Shown one piece after another: positions 17,195 through 25,534 of a stretch of 64,000 bases of DNA. Source of the stretch: Acidimicrobiia bacterium. GTDB taxonomy: Bacteria; Actinomycetota; Acidimicrobiia; Acidimicrobiales; Bin134. The translations under genes and the position numbers were made by a program. The DNA lies in contig JAJEGM010000044.1 in NCBI GenBank assembly GCA_022819825.1, positions 41,186 to 105,185 of the forward strand, in the 5' to 3' direction. Position 1 is the first letter of the stretch; every line of letters begins with the position of its first letter. Under the pieces are notes generated by a model, which saw nothing but the letters and a program-made list of their open reading frames with translations, ran no database searches and had not been told where the DNA came from.

Positions 17195-18132
17195 CTGGTC
17201 CGCAACTTCGGATCGAGTACGGCGGTGAGAAGGTCTAGGACGAGGTTAGTAATCACCACCACGGCCGTGGACATGACCACCACGCCGATGAGGATGGGGA
17301 AGTCGTTGCCTGTTGCCCCAAACAACGCAGCTTGACCGATCCCCGGAAGGGCGAAGAGGTTTTCGATGATGACCGACCCACCGAAAAGCACGATGAACTG
17401 GACGCCAAGCGCGCCGACCACGGGCAGACTCGCCGCCCGCAGGGCATGTATGTAGCGAATTCTCCACTCTGGTGTGCCAATAGCCCGCAGGGTTGTTATG
17501 TACTCGCGTGCCAAGGCCTCTCGCATTCCGGACGCGGCCATTCGGGCCACCACGGCAGCACCGCCGATCGCGAGAGTGATAACCGGGAGGGCGAGGCTCT
17601 GTAGCCAACTCCCGACGCCCTCGCTGAACCGGCTGTATCCCGTTGCTGGCAGAAGGTCGAGCCGAATCGCGAAGAAGTAGACGAGCACCACACCAAGCCA
17701 GAACGAGGGAATTGAGAGCGAGAAACCAGAAAACGCGTTGACAGCCTTGGCCGTACCGCGGCCGCGTACTGCGGCTACTACCCCAAGTGCGGTGCCAACG
17801 ATGCCCGCGAGCAATGTGGCCAGAACCGAGATCGAAGCTGTGACCGGCAGCCGGTCTGAGAGCTGGTCCCTGACATCTCCGCGGTTGATGAGGGACTGAC
17901 CGAAATCGAGCCGCACCATCTTTCCGAGGTCGTCTGCGTATTGAGTCAGGAGGGGTCGATTCCAGCCAAGGCGCTCGTTTTCGACCTCGACCTCTTCGGG
18001 GGTGGCCCCCATCCCGAGTCGAACGGCACCGGGGCTGTTGTCGGTACTGTGAACGAGGAGGAATGTAAGCGTGAAGGCTGCCCAGATGGTTCCGACGCCG
18101 ATAGCAAGCCGTTTTGCTATGTACAACGGCAT
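17191..18132 (-). CDS. Opp/Dpp-type ABC transporter permease (OppB/DppB-like)
   Basis: Trimmed to ATG 18132 (MPLYIAKRLAIGV..., typical OppB start). Multi-TM. 4-nt overlap with the fused gene. Confidence 0.8.
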   Translation of the reverse strand: MPLYIAKRLAIGVGTIWAAFTLTFLLVHSTDNSPGAVRLGMGATPEEVEVENERLGWNRPLLTQYADDLGKMVRLDFGQSLINRGDVRDQLSDRLPVTASISVLATLLAGIVGTALGVVAAVRGRGTAKAVNAFSGFSLSIPSFWLGVVLVYFFAIRLDLLPATGYSRFSEGVGSWLQSLALPVITLAIGGAAVVARMAASGMREALAREYITTLRAIGTPEWRIRYIHALRAASLPVVGALGVQFIVLFGGSVIIENLFALPGIGQAALFGATGNDFPILIGVVVMSTAVVVITNLVLDLLTAVLDPKLRTR

Positions 18133-18257
18133 GGTTCCGGATCCCCCAATATTCTGAACAGGCCAACGGCCTGGATGGAGCAAGAGGGGCTCGCCGACCT
18201 CTGCCGGCGAACCCCTCCTCGTCAGCTCAATTTAGGCATCAGCCCACCGGTTCGACA

Positions 18258-19886
18258 TCAGCCCACCGGTTCGACATCAGCCATGACGACGATGCCCGAG
18301 ATGCCCCCGAACGGCACTCCCTGGATGGAGTCGGGATTGTAGCCAGCGTATGTGAAGGTCTCGTAGAGGCCAATCCACCAGCCCTCGTCGACCAGTGCGT
18401 TGTTCAGCGCTACCAGGGCTTCTGGGTTGCCACCCAGCGCCGGGCCCAGCACTGAGCTGATTGCCTCACTCTCGGCGCCCTGGGTGTTCATGAAGCCACT
18501 GGTCACAGGACCTGCGACGAATCCGGCGGGCCGGAGGCCCAGACCCCACTCGTTGATGATGATGGCAGTCGTATTGACGGAAGCGAAGAGCTCGCCGGTG
18601 TTGGTGACGGCCGGGAAGTTCAGGGTGACCCCCAACTCTTCCTGCCACATCCGCTGGATGGCGAGCTCAACATCGGTCGGCTCGCCGAGCACCACCTTGT
18701 CGACTTCGAAGCCGTCCTCGAGACCGACCGATGCCAACAGCTCGCGGGCTCGGTCGGGGTCGTAGGCGTACCGCTCATTCAACGTCCGGTCGAATCCGAC
18801 AGCCTGCTCGGGGAAGTACTGCACAGTTGGCCGGGCGCCAGGCCGCAGTGCATCAACGATGGTCTGACGATCGATCGCCAGCGACAGAGCGTGGCGGGTC
18901 TCCACAAATCCGAAGGCGGGCACTCGCTCACCAGTCTTGTCGAGCACGTTCACAGCCGCGACGGTTCCCCCAATCTTGGCAAGGGCACCTTCCGACTCCA
19001 GTTGGTTGATCTGGTTTGGTTCGATCTTGATCGCCAGGTCGGCCTCCCCGGAGAGGACGGCGTTTGCCCGGGCCTGCGCGTCGGTGATGATGTTGAAGAT
19101 GATCGTGTCATAGGCGTAGGCATCGGCATTCCAGTGGTCAGCCCACTTGCGGAGGACATAGGTAGCTCCACGGGTGCTCGCGTCAAGGTCGAGGCGGTAC
19201 GGGCCAGAGCCTTCTGGTGCTGTCTCGAGGGTGGTGCTATCGGCCGCACCGTTGGGTCCGACGATCGCACCGACGTTGTCGGCGAGGAATTCGTGGCCGT
19301 TTGCAATTCCTTGCTCGAACGCCCAGTGAATCGTGACTTCGTACGGCCCGTTGACGACGACATCGGCGATCTCGCCTTCCTGGCCCTCTCCGAAGAGGCT
19401 ATACGACCGCAGATCTTCCTCGAGCCGTCGATCCAAATTGGCCTTCACCAGCTCTGCGTCAAGAGGACTGCCGTCATCGAAGACTAAGTCTTCGCGAAGC
19501 GAAAACGTCAGCTGCGTCGCCTCCTCGTTGGTCGCGAATTCGGTGACGATGTTCGGCACGATCTCGCCGTCGCTAGTCGTAACAAAGAGTGAGTCGTACA
19601 GCAGACTGTGGAACGGGAATTGGGACAGTGCGTAGGCCTGAGGGTTGTATGTCGCCGGCGAGTAATCGGATTCAAGGGCCACCGTGAGCGTTAGACCTCC
19701 GCTGGACGGGGCCGCATCGCCGGAATCGCCGCTGTCGTCGCCGGACGGGGCCGCATCGCCGGAATCGGCAACTGAGTCCCCTGCCCCGGGGCTGGCATCG
19801 TCGTCATTATCCCCACAGGCAGCGGTGACCAGCACGAGAGCGAGCAAGACTGCCAGAAGCCTCAAAAGTCGGCTGGATTGTTTCAT
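18258..19886 (-). CDS. ABC transporter substrate-binding lipoprotein, family 5 (Opp/Dpp-type)
   Basis: 542 aa. Signal peptide with lipobox (LVTAAC), then an acidic Asp/Ser/Gly-rich linker, then an SBP_bac_5-like body. First gene of the operon. Confidence 0.8.
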   Translation of the reverse strand: MKQSSRLLRLLAVLLALVLVTAACGDNDDDASPGAGDSVADSGDAAPSGDDSGDSGDAAPSSGGLTLTVALESDYSPATYNPQAYALSQFPFHSLLYDSLFVTTSDGEIVPNIVTEFATNEEATQLTFSLREDLVFDDGSPLDAELVKANLDRRLEEDLRSYSLFGEGQEGEIADVVVNGPYEVTIHWAFEQGIANGHEFLADNVGAIVGPNGAADSTTLETAPEGSGPYRLDLDASTRGATYVLRKWADHWNADAYAYDTIIFNIITDAQARANAVLSGEADLAIKIEPNQINQLESEGALAKIGGTVAAVNVLDKTGERVPAFGFVETRHALSLAIDRQTIVDALRPGARPTVQYFPEQAVGFDRTLNERYAYDPDRARELLASVGLEDGFEVDKVVLGEPTDVELAIQRMWQEELGVTLNFPAVTNTGELFASVNTTAIIINEWGLGLRPAGFVAGPVTSGFMNTQGAESEAISSVLGPALGGNPEALVALNNALVDEGWWIGLYETFTYAGYNPDSIQGVPFGGISGIVVMADVEPVG

Positions 19887-20015
19887 CGTGTATCGACCCC
19901 CTCAGAGTCCACCCGCACATGCGGGCGTGTCAAGGGACGCACATCGCCCCACGGGGGAACGTACCAACGTCTACATCATCAGCAAAGCGGAAACTGCTGA
20001 TACTCGATATCGGCT

Positions 20016-20990
20016 CTAGTTATTGGAAGAGGAGTTGATTTCGAGCAGTTTTTTCTCTATGCGTTGGCCAGCCTGACCTATCAATTCTCGGAACCACGCG
20101 TGACCGGGATCGTTCTGAAGTGACGGGTGCCACCAGAATGACTCAGCGAGTGGAACGACATCGAATGGACACTCGAGGAATCGGAACCGCTCAGCCGGGG
20201 CGATCTGTCGGGCCAAGCCCTCTTGGATTACGGCAATGGAATCGGTTCCCTGAACGTACAACGGCAAAGGCACGAACCCCTCCACTACGACTCTGACCCT
20301 CATGTCCACACCAAGCAATTGAAGTTGGCGAACTGGAGGTACCGGCGAGTCCTCGCGGTGAAAGGCCGTTACCCATTCCAATTCGCTTAGTTCGTCAAGT
20401 GTGACCTGTTCTCCGACCTTTGGGTTGTCGATGTCTACCAAAAGAACCCAACGATCCTCATAGGCCTTGAAGTGTGGAATGCCCTCGATGAGGCCCACAG
20501 GAAGAACAAAGCCATCCACATTCCTCACCGCCGTTGCGGCGGTGGCAATCAATTCGTCGTTCAAAGGTCGGAACCGGAGACGAGCGTGAGGGGCTGCTGA
20601 CTCCAGCTCAGCCGCGATTGCACGGCCCAGCAAGAGCTGTCCGTAGTCGGACACCGCAATTGTGAACTCCCGGGTAGATCGGGCACTGTCAAAAGTTGAA
20701 CGCGTCTCGTAAAGACGTCCGACGTCGGCGAGCAGGACCGCGACGCGAGTCTTGAGCTGAGCGGCCAACGGGGTTAACTCGTATCGATTTCCCACCCGGA
20801 CAAGCAGCTCGTCATCGAACTGGCGGCGCAGCCGCTGAAGTGAGCCGGACAAAGCCGGTTGGCTGCGCAGAAGTCGGCCGGCGGCCCGGGTCACGCTCTG
20901 CTCACGCAACAGAGCGTCCAAAGCGATGAGAAGATTGAGGTCAAGGACGTTGAGATCGGTGGCCGGCTCATTGCCTTCGTCGGTTCTCAC
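20016..20990 (-). CDS. LysR-family transcriptional regulator
   Basis: 324 aa. N-terminal HTH (LDLNLLIALDALLREQSVTRAAGRLLRSQPALSGSLQRLR) and a LysR substrate-binding-type C-terminus. Divergent from an oxygenase gene. Confidence 0.85.
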   Translation of the reverse strand: MRTDEGNEPATDLNVLDLNLLIALDALLREQSVTRAAGRLLRSQPALSGSLQRLRRQFDDELLVRVGNRYELTPLAAQLKTRVAVLLADVGRLYETRSTFDSARSTREFTIAVSDYGQLLLGRAIAAELESAAPHARLRFRPLNDELIATAATAVRNVDGFVLPVGLIEGIPHFKAYEDRWVLLVDIDNPKVGEQVTLDELSELEWVTAFHREDSPVPPVRQLQLLGVDMRVRVVVEGFVPLPLYVQGTDSIAVIQEGLARQIAPAERFRFLECPFDVVPLAESFWWHPSLQNDPGHAWFRELIGQAGQRIEKKLLEINSSSNN

Positions 20991-21148
20991 CGAAATCCTC
21001 CCCTATAGCTCAAACCAATGGCACATATTATCAGTTTCACCTTCGCTGATGTATGCCACTTGAGTACTGTTCGCCAAGCAAAGACAAGTCAGTTTCCGCA
21101 TTTGCAGGGGAAAGTCGAATGGCAGCAGTTGAAACGGCCCTAGTGGTG
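20949..21148. repeat. 200-bp direct repeat, copy A (lysR 5' end + intergenic control region + first 10 codons of the FAD monooxygenase)
   Basis: Matches 25335-25534 with only a handful of mismatches by eye. Here the monooxygenase start (ATG 21119, MAAVETALVV) runs into unrelated sequence and stops at 21241. Confidence 0.9.
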
Positions 21149-21281
21149 ACCGCTACCGGCCAGGCGCACGGCATCCACGACGCACTCGGCGGCCACGAGC
21201 GGTACATGACAGCACTCGAGTCATTCCTCGCCGCCCTGTGATCACTTCGAACGACCGATGTTTCGCGAATCGAGGACAACG

Positions 21282-22331
21282 ATGACCATGCCCACCGAGC
21301 TCCCGACCAACCAGTGGTTCGTCATCGCCTCAGTCGACGAGCTCGGTGACGGCCCGCTGGCACGCACCGTGTGCGGCGAGAACATCGTTTTGTTCCGGGA
21401 CGCCGAGGGAACCCTGGCGGCGCTCGTCGACCGATGCCCTCATCGGAATTACCCCCTGTCACTCGGCCAGGTCGTCGATGGGCAGCTGCAATGCGGCTAC
21501 CACGGACTGACGTTCTCGTCGTCCGGCACGTGCGTCTGGGCCCCGAACCAGTCGAGAATTCCCTCGAGCGCCTCAGTTGCCTCGTACCCCCTTTGTCAGA
21601 CCGGGCCGTGGATCTGGGTGTGGATCGGGGATCCCACGCACCCAGGAGTGGCAGCGCCGCCGGTCCTTCCATGGCTCAGCGAGCCTGGCTGGGCAGTACT
21701 CCACGGTATGGAACCGATCGCCGCTCGCTACGGGCTGTTGGTCGACAACTTGCTCGATCTGTCGCACGAGACCTTCCTCCATGCCGGCTACATCGGAACC
21801 CGCGAAGTCGCAGCGACGCCGATCGAGACCGAGGTCGATGACGCGACCGGGACCGTCAGGGTCAGCCGCCGCATGGCGGCGGTCGAGTGTCCCAAGTTCT
21901 ACTCCGAGACCACGGGAATGACATCGCCGATCGATCGCTGGCAGGACATCGAATACCGCCCGATCTGCCAGTACGTCCTGCACTCTCGGATCGCACCGGC
22001 GGGAGTCGCCCCGGCCCTCGACGGCAGCGACCCCGATGCCGCTCATCTGAAGATCTTGTACGCCATCACTCCGTCCACGGCAGGGACCACCCTCGACTTC
22101 TGGGCGTTGTGTCGCAACTTCTCGGTTGACGACGAGGGGGTCGACGAGGCGATGGCCGACATGCAGCGCACGGTGGTTCTCCAGGACGTGGAAGCACTAG
22201 CGCACGTCGAACGGGTACTCGGGCAAAGCGACGTGGTGACCGAGGTCAGCCTTAAGATCGATTCCGGTGCGCTCGCAGCTCGACGGGTCATCGGACGCCA
22301 GCTCGAAGCCGAACCATCCACAGCGAAGTGA
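21282..22331 (+). CDS. Rieske [2Fe-2S] non-heme iron oxygenase, VanA-like (class IA/phthalate family) oxygenase component
   Basis: CPHRNYPLS...CGYHG Rieske motif. About 350 aa, single-subunit type. Start set at ATG 21282 after GAGGA; ATG 21258 is also possible. Confidence 0.8.
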   Translation: MTMPTELPTNQWFVIASVDELGDGPLARTVCGENIVLFRDAEGTLAALVDRCPHRNYPLSLGQVVDGQLQCGYHGLTFSSSGTCVWAPNQSRIPSSASVASYPLCQTGPWIWVWIGDPTHPGVAAPPVLPWLSEPGWAVLHGMEPIAARYGLLVDNLLDLSHETFLHAGYIGTREVAATPIETEVDDATGTVRVSRRMAAVECPKFYSETTGMTSPIDRWQDIEYRPICQYVLHSRIAPAGVAPALDGSDPDAAHLKILYAITPSTAGTTLDFWALCRNFSVDDEGVDEAMADMQRTVVLQDVEALAHVERVLGQSDVVTEVSLKIDSGALAARRVIGRQLEAEPSTAK

Positions 22332-22339
22332 CGCGCACG

Positions 22340-22412
22340 GTGCTCGAGCTTGGCGTCGGTGGCGCCGATGTTCTCGAAGACGGCGTTCATGTCCGCGCCC
22401 TCGGCTTCAGGG
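22340..22412 (-). pseudogene. Relic of a cupin gene (homologous to 37612-37684 of the intact cupin gene)
   Basis: The minus strand encodes ...EAEGADMNAVFENIGATDAKLE, versus EAEGADMDAVFENIGATDAKLE in the 180-aa cupin. Similarity is lost on both sides. Lies in the Rieske/sulfatase intergenic gap. Confidence 0.7.
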
Positions 22413-22455
22413 GTGAAGCTGATGACCTGCTGGCTTCCATCGAAGGGGCGGGCTC

Positions 22456-23925
22456 ATGACAAACAACCGGCCGAACGTGTTGATGATCGTGGCCGACCAG
22501 CTACGAGCCGACGCAGTCGGCGCGTTCGGTGCCGACTTCGCCAGTACGCCGAACATCGATGCCCTGGCAGAGCGAGGGACCCGCTTCACGAATTGCTTCA
22601 CCCAGCATCCCGTGTGTTCGCCGAGCCGGGCGTCGTTTCTGACCGGTTGGTATCCGCACACGCGGGGGCACCGCAGCCTCACCCATCTGTTGCGCCCCGA
22701 CGACCCGAATGTCTTGAAGTCGTTCAAGCAGCGTGGCTACCACGTCGTCCATGTCGGTGAGCGTGGCGACACCTGGGCACCTGGCGCCACCGAGGAGAGC
22801 TGTCACGAATACGGCTGGGCAACGCCGCCGGACACCCCAATGATGGCCCCCAAGGGGCAGATGCATCCCGACTGGCCGATGTCGAGAGCGTTCTACATCG
22901 GCAAGGTCGACGACGAGCACGACCACGACTTCGACGAGGCGTGCACCCGAACCGCCGAGGCGTGGCTGGCCGAGCGACCTCATGACCGGCCGTGGCTGCT
23001 CTACGTGCCCATGATCTTCCCGCACTGCCCGTTCGCGGCGACTGAGCCTTGGTACTCGATGCACGACCGCGCCGCGCTGCCGCAGCGGGCGGGGCATGTG
23101 CAGTCGGGTCACGAACCGGCGTTCATGCAGAACGTTCGCGACACCTACGGGCTCGGCCGCCTCTCCGACGAGGAGTGGCGCGAGATCGCGGCGGTCTATC
23201 ACGGCATGGTCTCCCGGCTCGACTCACAGTTCGGCCGCATACTCGCAGCGGCCGGCGACGACCTCGAGAGCACCGTGGTGGTCTTCTTCAGCGACCACGG
23301 CGAGTACCTGGGAGACTACGACCTGATCGAGAAGTGGCCCTCCGGCATGCACGACTGCCTCACCCGAGATCCGCTGGTGATGGCCGGACCCGGCATCGCC
23401 GAAGGACGCGCTGTCGACGCGATGGTCGAGCTGATCGACATTGTCCCCACGCTCTACGATTTCGCTGGTTTCGAGCCCGACTACACCCATTTCGGGCGCA
23501 GCCTCGTTCCGGTGCTTCGAGATCCGGACGTCGGGCACCGGGAGTACGCGTTCACCGAGGGCGGCTTCCTCGTCGAAGAACACGGCCAGCTGGAGAACCC
23601 GGGCTTTCCGTACGACCTCAAAGGCAAGGCGCAACACGAACGACCCGAGACGGTCGGCAAGGCGGTGGCCATCCGCTCGACGGAGTGGACCTATGTGTGG
23701 CGCCTGTACGAGCCGCCAGAGCTCTATGACCGGCGCGCCGACCCTCAGGAGCTGCACAATCTCGCAGGCCAGCCCGAGCACGCCGAGCTCGAAGCGACGC
23801 TGAGCGCCGAGCTGTTGCGGTGGATGGTCGCGACCGCCGACGTGATGCCGTGGGATGACAATCCCCGATTTCCGCAGGTCGACCTGCCTCAGCCGGCGGG
23901 CTCCCGGTCGATGGAGGCAGGATGA
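22456..23925 (+). CDS. Sulfatase (formylglycine-dependent, Cys-type)
   Basis: 489 aa. N-terminus PNVLMIVADQLRAD and CSPSRASFLTG (C-x-P-x-R) motif. No obvious signal peptide. Confidence 0.85.
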   Translation: MTNNRPNVLMIVADQLRADAVGAFGADFASTPNIDALAERGTRFTNCFTQHPVCSPSRASFLTGWYPHTRGHRSLTHLLRPDDPNVLKSFKQRGYHVVHVGERGDTWAPGATEESCHEYGWATPPDTPMMAPKGQMHPDWPMSRAFYIGKVDDEHDHDFDEACTRTAEAWLAERPHDRPWLLYVPMIFPHCPFAATEPWYSMHDRAALPQRAGHVQSGHEPAFMQNVRDTYGLGRLSDEEWREIAAVYHGMVSRLDSQFGRILAAAGDDLESTVVVFFSDHGEYLGDYDLIEKWPSGMHDCLTRDPLVMAGPGIAEGRAVDAMVELIDIVPTLYDFAGFEPDYTHFGRSLVPVLRDPDVGHREYAFTEGGFLVEEHGQLENPGFPYDLKGKAQHERPETVGKAVAIRSTEWTYVWRLYEPPELYDRRADPQELHNLAGQPEHAELEATLSAELLRWMVATADVMPWDDNPRFPQVDLPQPAGSRSMEAG

Positions 23926-24011
23926 CTCGGCGCCCGAACATCGTCGTCGTCTTGACCGACGACCACGCTGGGCAGTCGATCGGGTGCTTGGGTGCCATGG
24001 GCTCGGTCTGA
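23922..24011 (+). pseudogene. 29-codon remnant of a second sulfatase (N-terminus only)
   Basis: ATGA-coupled to the preceding sulfatase. Encodes MTRRPNIVVVLTDDHAGQSIGCLGAMGSV* (canonical sulfatase start) and stops before the CxPxR motif. Confidence 0.65.
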
Positions 24012-24045
24012 AGGCGCGGAACAGTCACGACGAAATGCGAAGACG

Positions 24046-25215
24046 ATGTGCGATGTGGTGAGTCGGGCCGTGAACAGCATGCCGGAGCGCGAACGGGGAG
24101 AGGTGCTGGCAGCGCTTGCGGAGGATGCTGCTGTGGCCGCCTCAGCGTCGCCACGCATAGCCCCGGGGTTCGAAGCGATGGCGCCGAGCGACCGCGCCGG
24201 CGGACGAACCCGTTTAGTGACGGTCGGTGTGGCCGGTGGGCCTGTCATCAGCAATCCGAGCCGCGTCGGTGTCTGCACCGCAATCATCCATGCGGACCGC
24301 ATGTATGTCGTCGATCTCGGTGTCGGCTCGCTCAACCGTTTGGCAGCACTCGGTCAGCGTGAGAACGGCGGCGATTCCAGCAACACCTTCCTGTCGCTCC
24401 GGGCACTGTTCTTCACGCACATGCACAGTGATCACTGCGTGGACTGGCCGGCCCTCTACGCCACGGGGACCATGATGGCGAACAAAGCGACCGACCCAGT
24501 TCAGGTGTTCGGTCCTGGACGCCGAGACACGCTCCCCCGAGTGTTCCCGCCGCACCGGCCCGAACCCTCGGTGATCGAGCCGGACGACCCGACGCCGGGG
24601 ATCGAAGGCATGACCAGGTATCTGCGAAAGGCATTCGCGGCAGACTTCAACGATCGGGCGCGAGACAGCAACTTCAAGATTCCCGACGACTGGTTCGATG
24701 TCCACGACATCGACCACTCGCCACACTGGACGGTCGATCCGGCTGGCATCCCGCCCCGGTTGTCGGGCCCAATCGAGGTTTGGGAGGACGGCGACGTGCG
24801 CGTGACGGCGACACTCGTCGATCACCACCCGACGGCTCCTGCATACGGCTTCCGGTTCGACACTCCTGACGGGTCGATCGTGGTCTCCGGTGACACGACG
24901 GTTTCGGAGAATCTGATCGACCTCGCGCATGGGGCGGACTACTTGGTGCACGAGGTCATTGATCCGGCCTTTGCCGACCGGCTCGCGTCGATTCTCCCGC
25001 CCGATGTCGGTCCGGCAGTGCGCGAACACCTGCTGACTGCGCACACCACCGTCGAGCAGGTTGGTCGAGACGTCGCCGAGCCGGCCGGCGTTCGCAACCT
25101 GGTGTTGTCCCACATCGTGCCGTCGACGACCCCGGCGGATGTGCTCGCCGCCGCTCAGGACGGCTACTCCGGGCGCCTGATCATCGGCGAGGACATGCTG
25201 GAACTCAGTGTCTGA
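24046..25215 (+). CDS. Metallo-beta-lactamase-fold hydrolase
   Basis: FFTHMHSDHCVDW (HxHxDH) motif and later His/Asp motifs (SGDT, LVHE, SHI). Start uncertain: 23992, 24046 and 24079 are all possible. Confidence 0.7.
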   Translation: MCDVVSRAVNSMPERERGEVLAALAEDAAVAASASPRIAPGFEAMAPSDRAGGRTRLVTVGVAGGPVISNPSRVGVCTAIIHADRMYVVDLGVGSLNRLAALGQRENGGDSSNTFLSLRALFFTHMHSDHCVDWPALYATGTMMANKATDPVQVFGPGRRDTLPRVFPPHRPEPSVIEPDDPTPGIEGMTRYLRKAFAADFNDRARDSNFKIPDDWFDVHDIDHSPHWTVDPAGIPPRLSGPIEVWEDGDVRVTATLVDHHPTAPAYGFRFDTPDGSIVVSGDTTVSENLIDLAHGADYLVHEVIDPAFADRLASILPPDVGPAVREHLLTAHTTVEQVGRDVAEPAGVRNLVLSHIVPSTTPADVLAAAQDGYSGRLIIGEDMLELSV

Positions 25216-25311
25216 AGGGTCTGACGAGGATCGTCTCGCCCTGGGAGGCGGTCTGGCCGATCTCCACCGGTGGAGCATTTCGGAGGACCGGCGGGTCTGG
25301 CGCCAGCGCCT

Positions 25312-25376
25312 GGCCCAGCAAGAGCTGTCCGTAGGTTGAGATCGGTGGCCGGCTCATTGCCTCCGTCGGTTCTCAC
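25312..25376 (-). pseudogene. lysR remnant (first ~14 codons fused to a 23-bp internal lysR piece)
   Basis: 25335-25376 equals the lysR 5' end (MRTDGGNEPATDLN vs MRTDEGNEPATDLN). 25312-25334 is identical to 20624-20646 inside lysR. The rest of the gene is absent. Confidence 0.8.
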
Positions 25377-25534
25377 CGAAATCCTCCCCTATAGCTCAAA
25401 CCAATGGCACGTATTATCAGTTTCACCTTCGCTGATGAATGCCACTTGAGTACTGTTCGCCAAGCAAAGACAAGTCAGTTTTCGCATTTGCAGGGGAAAG
25501 TCGAATGGCAGCAGTTGAAACGGCCCTAGTGGTG
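25335..25534. repeat. 200-bp direct repeat, copy B (partner of 20949-21148)
   Basis: Same sequence as copy A apart from a few substitutions. Here the monooxygenase reading frame continues intact. Confidence 0.9.

Noticed and set aside
19928-19933. TTGACA (minus strand), a possible -35 box for the SBP operon, adjacent to the 19912-19925 inverted repeat
   Set aside because: No TANNNT-type -10 hexamer at the appropriate spacing (GGACTC is found instead), so a promoter call is not supported.
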